From an uncultured Alphaproteobacteria bacterium (GTDB taxonomy: Bacteria > Pseudomonadota > Alphaproteobacteria > Rhizobiales > Xanthobacteraceae): 64,000 bases of DNA. Position 1 is the first letter of the stretch. Each line of letters opens with the position of its first letter. A program made the position numbers and the translations under genes. Below, in pieces: positions 44,914 through 55,050 of the stretch. The DNA lies in the NCBI GenBank assembly GCA_963726865.1, contig CAVSEE010000025.1, positions 30,081-94,080 on the forward strand, in the 5' to 3' direction. Under the pieces are notes generated by a model. The model made no database searches. It was not told the origin of the DNA and saw only the letters and a program-made list of their open reading frames with translations.

Positions 44914-46605
44914 CTAGCCCGCAGCGGGCACGGCAGCTTCCACCGCCGCCGCCCACGGCCGCTGCGGGGTGGCGAGGCCGATCAGCCGGCCCTGGATGTA
45001 GTCGCAGCCCCATTCGCGCAGCATCACGGCGGCTTCCTCGTCCTGCACCCATTCGGCCACCGTCTTGATGTCGAGCCGGCGCGCGAGATCGATCAGCGTC
45101 TGCACGAAGGCGCGATCATCGGCCGAGCGCGCGACGTTCTGCACGAAGGCGCCGTCGATCTTCACGATATCCACGCCGAGCTTGCGCAAGTTGCGGAACG
45201 AGGTGTAGCCGGCGCCGAAATCGTCGATCGCGATTTGGCTGCCGAAATTCTTCAGTCGGGTGACGAAACCCCTGATGTCGTCGATATCCTGGATCGCCAC
45301 CGTCTCGGTGATCTCGACGATCAGCCGCTCGGCGACGCCGGGATGGCTGCGCATCAACGACTCGATCGTCGCCGACCAGTCCGGGTCCATGGTGGTTTCC
45401 GGCGAGATGTTGAGGCTCAGCCGCACGTTGGGCGATGCGATCAGCTCGGCCACGACGAGCTCGAGGATGCGATGATCGACCAGCCGGATCAGCCCCAGCC
45501 GCTCCGCCACGGGTACGATGTCGGGCGCGAGCAGGATTTGCCCGTCGCCCTGCTCCATCCGCACCAGGCATTCGTAGAACGCCGGCTCGCGCGAGCGCGC
45601 AGCCACAACCGGCTCGAACGCGGCGACGATGCGGCGGTCGTTCAGGGCCGTGACGATTTCGTCGGTGACGCGGATATTGACCTTGCGCTGCGCGTCGCGC
45701 TCGACATTGGGGCGCCACAGACCGAACGAGCCGACACGCCGGCGCTTGGCTGCATCCAGCGTTTCCTGGGCGCGGTTGATGGCTTCATCGGCATTGCGGG
45801 CGTAACGGGGCACGCTGACCGCGCCGATCGACGCCGTCACCGAGACGGGTCCGGACCGGGTCGGCACCACGTCGTCGCGGATGCCGGCGAGGAAACGCTC
45901 GGCGGCGGTATTGGTGTCGTCGACGGTGCAATTCTTCAGGATCAGGCCGAACTTGTTGCCGGAGAAGCGGCCGAGCACGTCGCCGGCGCGCAGCCGCGCG
46001 CGGATGCGCGTGGCGACTTCCGCGATCACGGCGTCCGCAACGTCGAAGCCGAAGGCGTCGTTGACGCGGGCCAGATGATCGATGCCGATCAGCATGAAGG
46101 CGCAGGCCGAGCGGAAGCGGGTGTTCTCCTCGATCGCTTCGGCGAGCGCGGCGATCAGATGGGTGCGGTTGAGTTCGCCCGTGAGCGGATCGTGCCGCGT
46201 CAGTTTCAGCAGCTGCTCGTCGCGGGCGTGGCGCTCATTGTTGATGCGCATGACGCCTTGCGCGCGCCAGGGTCGGCCGTCCGAACCGGCAAACCAGACG
46301 CCGGTCTCCTCGATCCAGATCACCGGCACGGCGGTGGTGGCGCGCACGCCATATTCGATGCGGTAAGGCACGCCCTCGTCGGCCCGCGCCGGCGGCGCAT
46401 GGGTCAGCGCGTCCTGCCGGATTGAACGGGCGGGCTCGATCAGCTTGGCGAAGGCAGCGCCGCTCTCCAGCGCTTCCGCGGGGATGTCGGCGAAGACGGA
46501 GGCCGCGTTCTCGCTCCAGCTGAGACGGTCGCTGCCGATTTCCCAGACAAAACTGGCCTGGCCGAGCGACGTGAGGATGTCGGCGGCTTGCGGGACGGAC
46601 GGCAT
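44914..46605 (-). CDS. PAS-like / degenerate GGDEF / EAL protein, probable c-di-GMP phosphodiesterase
   Basis: HDPLTG, RFSGNKF in place of GGDEF, YECLVR, EITE, IDDFGAGY, KIDG, AEWV, QG. Confidence 0.9.
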   Translation of the reverse strand: MPSVPQAADILTSLGQASFVWEIGSDRLSWSENAASVFADIPAEALESGAAFAKLIEPARSIRQDALTHAPPARADEGVPYRIEYGVRATTAVPVIWIEETGVWFAGSDGRPWRAQGVMRINNERHARDEQLLKLTRHDPLTGELNRTHLIAALAEAIEENTRFRSACAFMLIGIDHLARVNDAFGFDVADAVIAEVATRIRARLRAGDVLGRFSGNKFGLILKNCTVDDTNTAAERFLAGIRDDVVPTRSGPVSVTASIGAVSVPRYARNADEAINRAQETLDAAKRRRVGSFGLWRPNVERDAQRKVNIRVTDEIVTALNDRRIVAAFEPVVAARSREPAFYECLVRMEQGDGQILLAPDIVPVAERLGLIRLVDHRILELVVAELIASPNVRLSLNISPETTMDPDWSATIESLMRSHPGVAERLIVEITETVAIQDIDDIRGFVTRLKNFGSQIAIDDFGAGYTSFRNLRKLGVDIVKIDGAFVQNVARSADDRAFVQTLIDLARRLDIKTVAEWVQDEEAAVMLREWGCDYIQGRLIGLATPQRPWAAAVEAAVPAAG

Positions 46606-46805
46606 CAGTTCGCCTCGTTTCGGGACAGCACCCGGGGTGATTCTCACCCGCAAGGATAGGGCCGGTCCCCGCCCCGACCCTAGGCAATCTTGATTAACAG
46701 TCCACAAACCATGTTTTCAGTCCCGAGGAACCAAAGACCGCTCCGGGGCACATCTTTTGCGAGGAGAGGTGTAAGACGGATCAACCGTCCCGGAACGTGA
46801 CAGCG

Positions 46806-47091
46806 ATGACCGGTACAGGGCACCCAGAGACGATCATCGATGCGGAGTTCGTGGATATCCCGAACCCCTCGGTCGAACTTGTCCCGCTTTCGGCCCGCCC
46901 GGACGTCCACCCTACGGCGTCGGCGAACCGGCCCGATGCGAGCTTCCTCACACAGTTGATCGCGACCGCCGAGCATGCTCCCGCAGACCTGCAGCCTGCG
47001 CCGCGGATCCCCTGCCGACGCGCAGGCCGCCTATGACCCGCACATCAGCGAACGCCGCAGCGTGACGCGACGGACCAAGCAGATCATCTAG
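46806..47091 (+). CDS. Hypothetical protein (probable frameshift ~46981)
   Basis: IIDAEF...RPDASFLTQLIATAE, continuing as QTCSLRR...AQAAY in the shifted frame. Confidence 0.55.
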
Positions 47092-47104
47092 CGATTTGAT
47101 TGAG

Positions 47105-47731
47105 TTACCGTGACGGCGGCGCGTCCGGCGAGGGATGCGCGCCATTGCCCGGCTGGATGCCCGGCGAGCGCACAGCCGGCTGCGCCATCGACGGTTCGGG
47201 ATGGTCGAGCAGTACGGATTCGGCGACCGAGGCGGCCGACGGCGCAGGTTCAGGTGCTGACGGAGCCGGTGCAGGCGTGGGCTCTACCCGCGGCTCGACG
47301 GCTTCCGGTTCGGCCCGGCGCGCGGCTTTCCGCGGCGGCGCCGGCACGGTTTCGACTGCGACCGTGTAGCGCCGCCTGCGCAAGCTCACACCGGTGAGGA
47401 AATCGACCAGCGCAAACAGCGTCAGCAGGAAATAGAGCGAGGTGCCGAACTTCGGCAGCAGCAGGAATTCCGCCGCGGCCCCGCCGAACACGAGCAGCGA
47501 CAGCAGGTGGTCCATCAGGAATTTTGCGCCGGGCCGCGCGCCCTTGACGATCTCGAGCAGCAGCATCAGCGCAGCCAGTGCCAGCAGGATGTCGCCGAGA
47601 TTGATGGGCCATTCCGCGCCCGACATCATCGGCAGCCGCACGATCGCCTCGCTGAGCGAGACCGAGGGCATCAGGAACACGATGATGTTGTAGACCGCGA
47701 GCGGAATCAGAAGCAGTGGAAAACCGACCAT
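47105..47731 (-). CDS. Hypothetical membrane protein with Pro/Ala-rich tail
   Basis: GFPLLLIPLAVYNI, DHLLSL; about 4 TM segments. Confidence 0.75.
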   Translation of the reverse strand: MVGFPLLLIPLAVYNIIVFLMPSVSLSEAIVRLPMMSGAEWPINLGDILLALAALMLLLEIVKGARPGAKFLMDHLLSLLVFGGAAAEFLLLPKFGTSLYFLLTLFALVDFLTGVSLRRRRYTVAVETVPAPPRKAARRAEPEAVEPRVEPTPAPAPSAPEPAPSAASVAESVLLDHPEPSMAQPAVRSPGIQPGNGAHPSPDAPPSR

Positions 47732-47903
47732 GGCCAGTGGCCTCACATACGAAGGGGAGGAAACGCGCACAACCGAGGCTGGATCCATCCGCCTTCGGTA
47801 ACTCGTCTTAACTCACTCGTTGGCCGAATTCGGGCAGGGTTACAACCTGCCCACCGCTTTTGCCGGGAGGCCTGTATTCAGGCTTCCCGATCAGGCTTCC
47901 TGC

Positions 47904-48089
47904 TTAAGCCTCTTTCTTCGGCTTCAGCACCTGCCGGCCCTTGTACATGCCGGTCTTGAGATCGAGGTGGTGCGGGCGGCGCAGCTCGCCGGAGTCCTTG
48001 TCCTCGACATAGGTCGGCTTCTTGAGCGCGTCGGCCGAGCGGCGCATGCCACGGCGCGACGGCGAGGTTTTTCTGCGGGGAACGGCCAT
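47904..48089 (-). CDS. rpmF: 50S ribosomal protein L32
   Basis: [20 protein letters not shown]...RRPHH...GMYKGRQV. Confidence 0.97.
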   Translation of the reverse strand: MAVPRRKTSPSRRGMRRSADALKKPTYVEDKDSGELRRPHHLDLKTGMYKGRQVLKPKKEA

Positions 48090-48260
48090 TTCGGTATCCT
48101 CTTGGGGTATTGCGAAGGCATCGTCCAAAAAGACGGCCCGCAGCTCAAAAAGCGCGGGCTCAAGATGCCGATATGGGCGCGCTTATAGAGGAAGGACTCC
48201 CGCAAATCTAGGGCCGAGGACGGTAAAAATGACCCGGAATCGGCTCAAAATCCGCGATTC

Positions 48261-48917
48261 TCACTCCCAGCACGGCTTCGCGGACTGCGCCCGGGCCATG
48301 TAGATTCCGGAAAGCCGCCGCACCCCGGGCCGGGGATTGCGCGCGCTGCGCTTGATCGGATTGGGCAGGATGGCGGCGAGCAGCGCCGCCTCGCGCGGCG
48401 ACAGCTCCGAGGCCGGCTTGCCGAACGCATAGGCCGAGCCTGCGCCGGCGCCGAACTGGCCGGAGGGGCCGAGCTCGGCGATGTTGAGATAGATTTCGAG
48501 CACCCGCTCCTTGCCGAGCACGAGGTCGATCCACAGCGCCAGCGGCAGTTCCAGCGCCTTGCGCACCACGCTGCGGCCCTGCCACAGGAACAGGTTCTTC
48601 GCCACCTGCTGGGTGATGGTCGAGCCGCCGCGCGTCACCTCGCCGTCCTCGGCATCTTCCATGACCTCGCGCATGGCCCCCCAATCGACGCCGCGATGGC
48701 TGCAGAACTTGGCGTCCTCGGAGGCCACCACCGTGCGCGGCAGGTAAGGCGACATCGCATCGAGATCGACCCATTGCCGCGACATCGGCGCACCCTTCAG
48801 CCAGCGCCAGGCCATCAGCGTCGAGACCGGATGGCCGACGCGATAGAACGGCGCCACCAGATAGGGCAGCAGCAACAGCACCAGGAGGATCAGGAGCAGA
48901 TAGCGGACGATGCGCAA
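48261..48917 (-). CDS. mtgA: Monofunctional peptidoglycan transglycosylase
   Basis: [34 protein letters not shown] and LEIYLN motifs. Confidence 0.93.
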   Translation of the reverse strand: MRIVRYLLLILLVLLLLPYLVAPFYRVGHPVSTLMAWRWLKGAPMSRQWVDLDAMSPYLPRTVVASEDAKFCSHRGVDWGAMREVMEDAEDGEVTRGGSTITQQVAKNLFLWQGRSVVRKALELPLALWIDLVLGKERVLEIYLNIAELGPSGQFGAGAGSAYAFGKPASELSPREAALLAAILPNPIKRSARNPRPGVRRLSGIYMARAQSAKPCWE

Positions 48918-49128
48918 TTGGGAGGCTGCTGGTTCTGACGTTGCGGATCAAGGGCCCGACGGAAACGACATGGTGACGACATATCGTGGTTTTTCCAGCC
49001 CTTTTTGGGCGTACTTGATGGGTCTTTGGGCCGCATCCGGCGATTGACGCAAAGCCGCCTCATCAACGATTGTCCGCCCCCGAAATTGACCTGGAACCGT
49101 TCTTGGACCTTTCTTGGAGCCCTTCTGA

Positions 49129-50051
49129 ATGACGATCGCCGCCGCCGATTTCGCCAAGCGACTGGACCAGACCGCCGAGGAAACCGAGCGGCTGCTGGCG
49201 CAGCTGTTGTCGGACACGCTCTTGCCCGACGAGATCGCGCGGCCGAAGCGGCTGATGGAGGCCATGCGCTATTCCAGCCTCGGCGGCGGCAAGCGGTTGC
49301 GCCCGTTCCTGGTGGCGGAGAGCTCGGCCGTGTTCGCCGTGCCGCGCCAGGCCGCGCTGCTGGCGGGCGCCGCGCTCGAATGCATCCACTGCTACTCGCT
49401 GATCCATGACGACCTGCCGGCGATGGACAATTCGGATCTGCGCCGCGGCCGCCCGACCCTGCACAAGAAGACCGATGACGCCACCGCGATCCTCGCCGGC
49501 GACGGCCTCTTGACGCTCGCCTTCGACATCATCAGCCGCGACGAGATCCATCGCGATCCCACGGTGCGGCTGCTGCTTGACCCGCGCGCTGGCGCGGGCC
49601 TCCGGCCTCGGCGGCATGGTCGGCGGCCAGATGCTCGATCTCGCCGGCGAAGGCCGCTTCGGCGACCGCGAGCCGGTCGACGTGGCGCGGCTGCAGCAGA
49701 TGAAGACCGGCGCGCTGCTCCGCTATGGCTGCATCGCCGGCGCGATCCTCGGCCAGGCCTCGCGAAGAGGAGTACCAGGCGCTCGACGATTACGGCCGCG
49801 CGCTCGGCGAAGCGTTTCAGATCGCCGACGATCTGCTTGACGTCGAGGGCGATGCGGCGGCGCTCGGCAAGCCGGCCGGCGCTGACGCGGCGCTCGGCAA
49901 GACCACCTTTGTCACTCAATTGGGCGTCGACGGCGCCAAGCAGCGCGTCCGCGACCTGCTGGCGCGCGGCGATTCCGCGCTGTCGATCTTCGGCAGCCGC
50001 GGCGACGTGCTGCGCGCCACCTCGCGCTTCGTCGCCGAGCGGAAAAGCTAG
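49129..50051 (+). CDS. ispA: Farnesyl diphosphate synthase / polyprenyl synthetase (frameshifts ~49578 and ~49763)
   Basis: GGKRLRP, SLIHDDLPAMD, RRGRPT, GMVGGQ, KTGAL, FQIADDLLD. Confidence 0.92.
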
Positions 50052-50056
50052 CAACG

Positions 50057-50743
50057 ATGGCCTCCGACAAGGAGTTCGAGCAGCGCCTTGCCCGGTTTCG
50101 CAAGCTGCCGATGTTCCTGCGCGTCGTGGTGTCCCGGCCGCGCACCTTCATCGCGGTGGGCGTGGCGATTCTCGTATTCTTCCTGATACCGGACTCGCGG
50201 CGGCTGGTGACGCGTGCCCTCGTCGGCTGGGACGTGTTTGCAACCATCTATCTGGTGCTCGCCTACATCATGATGGCCCGCTGCGGTCACGAGCACATCA
50301 AGCCGAGCGCCATCCTGCAGGATGACGGCCGAGTCCTCATGATGATCGTGACGCAGCTCGGCGCGCTCGCCAGCATCGCGGCGATTGTGTTCGAGCTCGG
50401 CGCCACCAACAAGAGTGGGCCCGGCTTGACGCTCGCGGTAATCACCATCGCGCTGTCGTGGACGCTGGTGCACACGGCTTTCGCGCTGCATTACGCGCAC
50501 GATTATTATCGCGGCAGCAAGCCGGGCGGCCTGCAGTTTCCAAGCGGCGACACAAGCGACCACGCCGATTACTGGGACTTCGTCTACTTCTCCTTCGTCA
50601 TCGGCATGACCGCGCAGGTCTCCGACGTCGGCATCACCGAGAAGCGGATTCGCCGCACCGCGACCGTGCACGGCATCATCTCCTTTGTGTTCAATACCGC
50701 CCTGCTCGCGCTGATGGTGAACATCGCAGCGAGCGCGATCTAG
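50057..50743 (+). CDS. DUF1345 membrane protein
   Basis: HTAFALHYAH, DFVYFSFVIGMTAQVSDV and SFVFNT motifs. Confidence 0.9.
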   Translation: MASDKEFEQRLARFRKLPMFLRVVVSRPRTFIAVGVAILVFFLIPDSRRLVTRALVGWDVFATIYLVLAYIMMARCGHEHIKPSAILQDDGRVLMMIVTQLGALASIAAIVFELGATNKSGPGLTLAVITIALSWTLVHTAFALHYAHDYYRGSKPGGLQFPSGDTSDHADYWDFVYFSFVIGMTAQVSDVGITEKRIRRTATVHGIISFVFNTALLALMVNIAASAI

Positions 50744-50788
50744 CGGCGTGGCTCCGCCACGTCATGAAGAACACGCTCTTGCGCGGCT

Positions 50789-51478
50789 TTAAATCGGTTT
50801 CTCGTTCGCCGCCGGCGACCCTCGCAGCAGCCAGTTCATCAGCAGTAGCCCAACTACCGCGCCAACGAGCTCGCTTGCAATGAAGCCCGGAAGATCGATC
50901 GGGCGGATGCCGGAGAATGTGTTGGTCAGGGAGCGCGCGATGGCGACGGCGGGATTGGCAAACGATGTCGATGCCGTGAACCAGTACGCCGCCGTGATGT
51001 AGAGACCGACCAGCCAGGGAATTGCCGGGCGGTTGAAACGAAGGCCGGCCAGGATGGTGGCGACCAGACCGAACGCGGCCACTGCCTCGGCCAGCCATTG
51101 CGCGCTGCCCGTCCGAACCTTCATGGAGAAGTCAAACAGCGGCAGGCCGAACATGGCATGCGCGAGGGCGGTGCCGGCGATGCCCCCGAGGACCTGCACC
51201 GCGACGTAGCGCGCCGCTTCCGAGCCCGGCATGTCACCCTTCAAGGCCATCACCAGCGAAACCGCGGGATTGAAATGCGCGCCGGAGACCGGCCCGAGGA
51301 TGGTGATGAGGACGACGAGAATGGCGCCGGTCGGCAGCGTGTTGCCGAGCAACTGCAGGGCGACATCCCTGCTCAAGGTTTCCGCCATGATGCCCGAGCC
51401 GACCACGGCCGCCACCAGCAACGCCGTTCCGAGCGCCTCCGCGACGAGCCGGCGCGTCAGGTCGAACTCGCCCATCAA
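50789..51478 (-). CDS. aqpS: MIP/aquaglyceroporin, AqpS-type arsenite channel
   Basis: SGAHFNPAV and TSFANPAV (two NPA motifs), VVGSGIMA; last gene of arsR-arsC. Confidence 0.85.
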   Translation of the reverse strand: MMGEFDLTRRLVAEALGTALLVAAVVGSGIMAETLSRDVALQLLGNTLPTGAILVVLITILGPVSGAHFNPAVSLVMALKGDMPGSEAARYVAVQVLGGIAGTALAHAMFGLPLFDFSMKVRTGSAQWLAEAVAAFGLVATILAGLRFNRPAIPWLVGLYITAAYWFTASTSFANPAVAIARSLTNTFSGIRPIDLPGFIASELVGAVVGLLLMNWLLRGSPAANEKPI

Positions 51479-52002
51479 CTCGCCTTTCCCTGCCCGATCG
51501 TCGCGCCGTCCATGCGGCCGATATCACGCAGCCGCGTGCCGAGCGACAGGGCGTCGATGCTGGACAACGGGAGACTGGTGAAGGCGGCGATCCTGTTTTT
51601 GAGATAGCGGAAGGCTTCGACGAAGGCCGCTTCCTTCTGCAGGTCGGTGCCTTCGACCGCGGCGGGATCCTCGATCCCCCAATGCGCGGTCATGGGCTGG
51701 CCCGGCCAGATCGGGCAAGCCTCGCCCGCGGCGTTGTCGCAAACGGTGAAGACGAAATCCATCGCAGGCGCGCCGGCTTGCGCGAATTCCTGCCAGCTCT
51801 TCGAGCGCAGATCGTCGACCGGATAGCCCATATCGGCGAGCACCTTGATCGCGAACGGATTCACCGTCCCCTTCGGCTGACTGCCGGCGGAGAACGAATT
51901 GAAGCGGCCACGGCCTTCCTTGCGCAGGATCGACTCGGCGAGGACCGAGCGCGCCGTGTTGCCGGTGCAGAGGAACAGGACGTTAAACGTGCGATCGGAC
52001 AT
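51475..52002 (-). CDS. arsC: Arsenate reductase, LMW-PTPase type
   Basis: VLFLCTGNTARS, FTVCDNAAGEACPIWPG and HWGIEDP motifs. Confidence 0.93.
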   Translation of the reverse strand: MSDRTFNVLFLCTGNTARSVLAESILRKEGRGRFNSFSAGSQPKGTVNPFAIKVLADMGYPVDDLRSKSWQEFAQAGAPAMDFVFTVCDNAAGEACPIWPGQPMTAHWGIEDPAAVEGTDLQKEAAFVEAFRYLKNRIAAFTSLPLSSIDALSLGTRLRDIGRMDGATIGQGKAS

Positions 52003-52357
52003 GGGCCTTCCCCTTCCGCTTTGGTGGACAACACGGCGTGATGCTTTCGATCAACGGCGCGCAGATTTCCGGGCGGCCGTCGCAGCAGTCGTTGACGAGA
52101 AATGACATCACCGTCTGAAAGCGGGCGAGATCGGCGCGATAGACGATCGAGCGGCCGATGCGGCGAGCAGTGACGAGCCCTGCGCGCGCGAGCACGGCAA
52201 GATGCGCGGACATCGTGTTCTGCGGGACGGCCATCGCCTTTGCGATGTCACCCGCTGCAAGCCCGTCTGGCTCCTCCTTCACGAGCAGCCGGAAAACATC
52301 CAGCCGGGTGGATTGCGCAAGCGCGGCGAGCGCGAGAACGGCAGACTCTGATTCCAT
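51983..52357 (-). CDS. arsR: ArsR family As(III)-responsive repressor (1)
   Basis: ALAQSTRLDVFRLL, NTMSAHL; C-terminal CCDGRPEIC...CC. Confidence 0.92.
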   Translation of the reverse strand: MESESAVLALAALAQSTRLDVFRLLVKEEPDGLAAGDIAKAMAVPQNTMSAHLAVLARAGLVTARRIGRSIVYRADLARFQTVMSFLVNDCCDGRPEICAPLIESITPCCPPKRKGKAHVRSHV

Positions 52358-52392
52358 ATATCCAGATATATCGATATTTAATAGCCTGTCAA
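52358..52392 (-). promoter_or_regulatory. Promoter/operator of arsR1, probably leaderless
   Basis: TTGACA at 52392-52387 on the minus strand, then AATATCGATATATCTGGATAT leading directly into the ATG. Confidence 0.6.
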
Positions 52393-52931
52393 ACGCTGTC
52401 CGCCAATTCAGCCTGGGTTCGACCTACGAGGGGATGCCGCATCAGTGCATGCATCATGATCGGCAGACCCACCGCGGCGGGCAGCAGCCAATACGTGATT
52501 GGCGGCAAATCCTTCCAAACCGGCAAGCTCCCTCCGTTGTCCACATAGAATGCTGTCAGCAGCAAGATATATGACGTACCCAGCCCGGCGATGTGCAGGC
52601 GCGGCCAACGCTTCCAGAGTTGCTTTCGCGCGGTCCGGCCGAACCAGCCCGTCGCAAATGACAGGGCACCGAGAATGAACAGGTGATAGTCCTCGGCCCA
52701 TCGCATGGCCGCGAGAACGCTGGCCGAGACAAACACCGCAAACAAACCCCAGAAATAGATTGTACCGAAGGTGGGATGGCGGCCAGGACACTTCGGGCTC
52801 AACATCGCAATCGCGCCTGCAATCACGCAAACAAGCCCTGCCGCGACGTGGAAGCCGACGATCGTCAGAAAAATCGGAGACGTCGAGGGAATTTCGATGC
52901 CCGCCACGACTGTTGTTTCCGCGCCCGTCAT
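52389..52931 (-). CDS. Hypothetical membrane protein (DUF2306-like)
   Basis: FHVAAG, HPTFG.IY, HIAGLGTSYILLLTAFYVDN; about 5-6 TM segments with His residues. Confidence 0.75.
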   Translation of the reverse strand: MTGAETTVVAGIEIPSTSPIFLTIVGFHVAAGLVCVIAGAIAMLSPKCPGRHPTFGTIYFWGLFAVFVSASVLAAMRWAEDYHLFILGALSFATGWFGRTARKQLWKRWPRLHIAGLGTSYILLLTAFYVDNGGSLPVWKDLPPITYWLLPAAVGLPIMMHALMRHPLVGRTQAELADSV

Positions 52932-54202
52932 GACACTCGCTCCACCAATGCCGACGGGATCTCAGGGCATCGAATGACAAAGGCTGCCGCGCCGCACAGC
53001 AGGGAAAGCCCGCAACTGATCATGAGAACGACTGCATAACTTTCCGTCCAGTCGATGCTTGCCGCGAACGGAAGAGGCCCCAATGCCGCGCCGGCAATGC
53101 CGAAGACGAACGACGCGCCCTTGATCTCACCGAGATGATCGCGCCCGAAATATTGCGCGTAGCCGGCGGCGTTGATCGCCTGCTGCGAGCCGTAGGCGCC
53201 CCCGAGGCTCAGCGCATAAAGCCAGCTGATGACGACGCCACTGCCGAGCGCCGGAAAGACCGAAGCGAGCGCAAGCATGCCCATCGCGAGCGGAACCAAT
53301 CGCCGCGGCTCGTGGCGGTCCACCAGCCAGCCCGTGGCGAGCGTGGCAACAGCCTGAACGCCGCCAGCCAGCGCCAGCAGCGTCAGCGCGTCCCCATGCG
53401 CGACACCGGCGCTCCGCATGATGGAGAAGTGATTGAGCAAAAGCGCCGTGCCGACTGCGTTGGTCAGAAAGCCGGCAGCGCACAGCAGCCAGAATACGCC
53501 CGTGCGCAACGCCTGCTTGCGCGAGAACGACGGCTCCGGCCGCAGGTCCGTCGCAGCCGGCGCAAGCCCGGCGTCGATGCTGAGCCCAAATTTTTCCGGA
53601 CGATCGCGGAATGCCAGAGCAGCGACCGGCAAGATGGTGAGCGCAATCAGCCCGGCCAGCGCGAGATAGGTGCCTCGCCAGCCGAATAGCGAGATGAGGC
53701 AGTCGATCAGTTGCGGAAAGACCATCGAGCCCGCCGCAAGGCCGAGACTGGCCGCTGCCGCCGCAATCCCGCGCCGGCGCACAAACCAGAGATTGACCAC
53801 TTGCTGGCTGACGAGACTGAGCCCGCCTATCGCCGCGCCCCGCAACAGCGCAAAACCAATCAGCAGCATCCATGCGGACTGCACGCTTGCCATGAAAGCG
53901 CAAGCCAAAGCCAGTGCGGCGGCGATGACGGCGGCCGTGTAGCGCGGTCCACGCCGGTCGACCCAGCGACCGATGGCCGGCGCCGGAAGAATCCCGGCAA
54001 GCGTTCCTGCTGCGTAGGCGATGGCCGCGGTAGTCCGCGAGATGCCGAGTTCGGCCGTGATCGGATCGAAGAACACCGAGACGCCAGCGGTCTGGCCCGG
54101 CAGGGTCATGAACGATCCGAATGTGCCCGCCGCGAGGATCACCCAGCCGTAGTGGATGGCGGGTAGCCTTGGATGAACTGGCTGGCGCAGGTCAACCTGC
54201 AC
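52928..54202 (-). CDS. MFS transporter (start approximate)
   Basis: HYGWVIL, PGQTAGVSVF, GRWVDRRGPR motif A, WFVRRRG, YFGRDHLGEI. Confidence 0.88.
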   Translation of the reverse strand: MQVDLRQPVHPRLPAIHYGWVILAAGTFGSFMTLPGQTAGVSVFFDPITAELGISRTTAAIAYAAGTLAGILPAPAIGRWVDRRGPRYTAAVIAAALALACAFMASVQSAWMLLIGFALLRGAAIGGLSLVSQQVVNLWFVRRRGIAAAAASLGLAAGSMVFPQLIDCLISLFGWRGTYLALAGLIALTILPVAALAFRDRPEKFGLSIDAGLAPAATDLRPEPSFSRKQALRTGVFWLLCAAGFLTNAVGTALLLNHFSIMRSAGVAHGDALTLLALAGGVQAVATLATGWLVDRHEPRRLVPLAMGMLALASVFPALGSGVVISWLYALSLGGAYGSQQAINAAGYAQYFGRDHLGEIKGASFVFGIAGAALGPLPFAASIDWTESYAVVLMISCGLSLLCGAAAFVIRCPEIPSALVERVS

Positions 54203-54518
54203 GGCGCCGGACCTTTGCCGACGGCTCGTCTTCAAATCCCTCGCAACAATGCTCGCGCAAGAACCCGATGACGGAGTCGATGCGATGATACTGGGCGCGA
54301 CAGATCACGCCGCGCCCGATTTTTTCCTGTGCGACCAGACCGGCGTTAACCAATCCCCGAAGGTGAAACGCCAGCGTTGACGCGGCCAGGTCGAGGCGGG
54401 CCTGTATCTCCCCGATGCCAAGGCCGCCTGGGCCGGCGCGAACGAGCAGCCGGTAAATGTCCAGACGGGTCAGGTTGCCGAGTTCGGCGAGGCAGCGGGC
54501 GGCCAGTTTCCGGTCCAT
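54192..54518 (-). CDS. ArsR family regulator (2)
   Basis: LGNLTRLDIYRLLVRAG, STLAFHL; C-terminal EHCCEG. Confidence 0.88.
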   Translation of the reverse strand: MDRKLAARCLAELGNLTRLDIYRLLVRAGPGGLGIGEIQARLDLAASTLAFHLRGLVNAGLVAQEKIGRGVICRAQYHRIDSVIGFLREHCCEGFEDEPSAKVRRRAG

Positions 54519-54620
54519 ACGCATTGATATCCGGGCGAGTCGGAAAATACAACCATAAAACTGGTTTTATAGCTATATTATCCGGCACTTGGGCGCATCG
54601 GAGCCCGGCGCAGCTCTTGA

Positions 54621-54681
54621 TATTTCGATAATTCTAGAAATACGGTTGACAACCGACGTGACGCCGGTTACATTGCCAGCC
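54621..54681 (+). promoter_or_regulatory. ArsR-type operator plus sigma70 promoter, leaderless
   Basis: Imperfect palindrome TATTTCGATAATTCTAGAAATA at 54621-54642; TTGACA at 54646, 17-bp spacer, TACATT at 54669; ATG at 54682. Confidence 0.7.
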
Positions 54682-54972
54682 ATGAAACTCGACGACGCCG
54701 CCGCCCATCTCGAAGCCCTCGGCAATCCGACCCGGCTGAAAATCTATCGCGCGCTGATCCGTGCCGGCAGCGCCGGGATGCCGGTCGGCCGCCTGCAGGA
54801 CCGGCTGAAGATCGCGCCCTCCACCCTCTCCCACCACATCAAGGCGCTGATGGTGGTGGGACTGGTGACACAGGTGCGCGACGGCACCACGCTGGTCTGT
54901 CACGCCAGCTACGAGGTGATGCGCGAGCTGGTGGATTTCCTCGTTGCCGAGTGCTGCAGCGAGTTCGGCTGA
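54682..54972 (+). CDS. ArsR family regulator (3); may extend to 55000 if a +1 error at ~54964 is removed
   Basis: LGNPTRLKIYRALIRAG, STLSHHI; C-terminal AECC. Confidence 0.88.
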   Translation: MKLDDAAAHLEALGNPTRLKIYRALIRAGSAGMPVGRLQDRLKIAPSTLSHHIKALMVVGLVTQVRDGTTLVCHASYEVMRELVDFLVAECCSEFG

Positions 54973-55015
54973 AAGCGGGAGTACCAAGAGCGCGGCATGA
55001 TCTTGCTGTGGCTTT

Positions 55016-55037
55016 AATTTCGATATTTCTAGTTCAA
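55016..55037. promoter_or_regulatory. Second operator-like copy upstream of the flavoprotein gene
   Basis: AATTTCGATATTTCTAGTTCAA resembles 54621-54642. Confidence 0.55.
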
Positions 55038-55050
55038 TGGGAGAAGCAGC

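Noticed and set aside
44914-46605. Active diguanylate cyclase
   Set aside because: GGDEF is replaced by SGNKF; such degenerate GGDEF-EAL hybrids are common.
46690-46712. CtrA box upstream of the EAL gene
   Set aside because: Only one good TTAA half-site, too weak to call.
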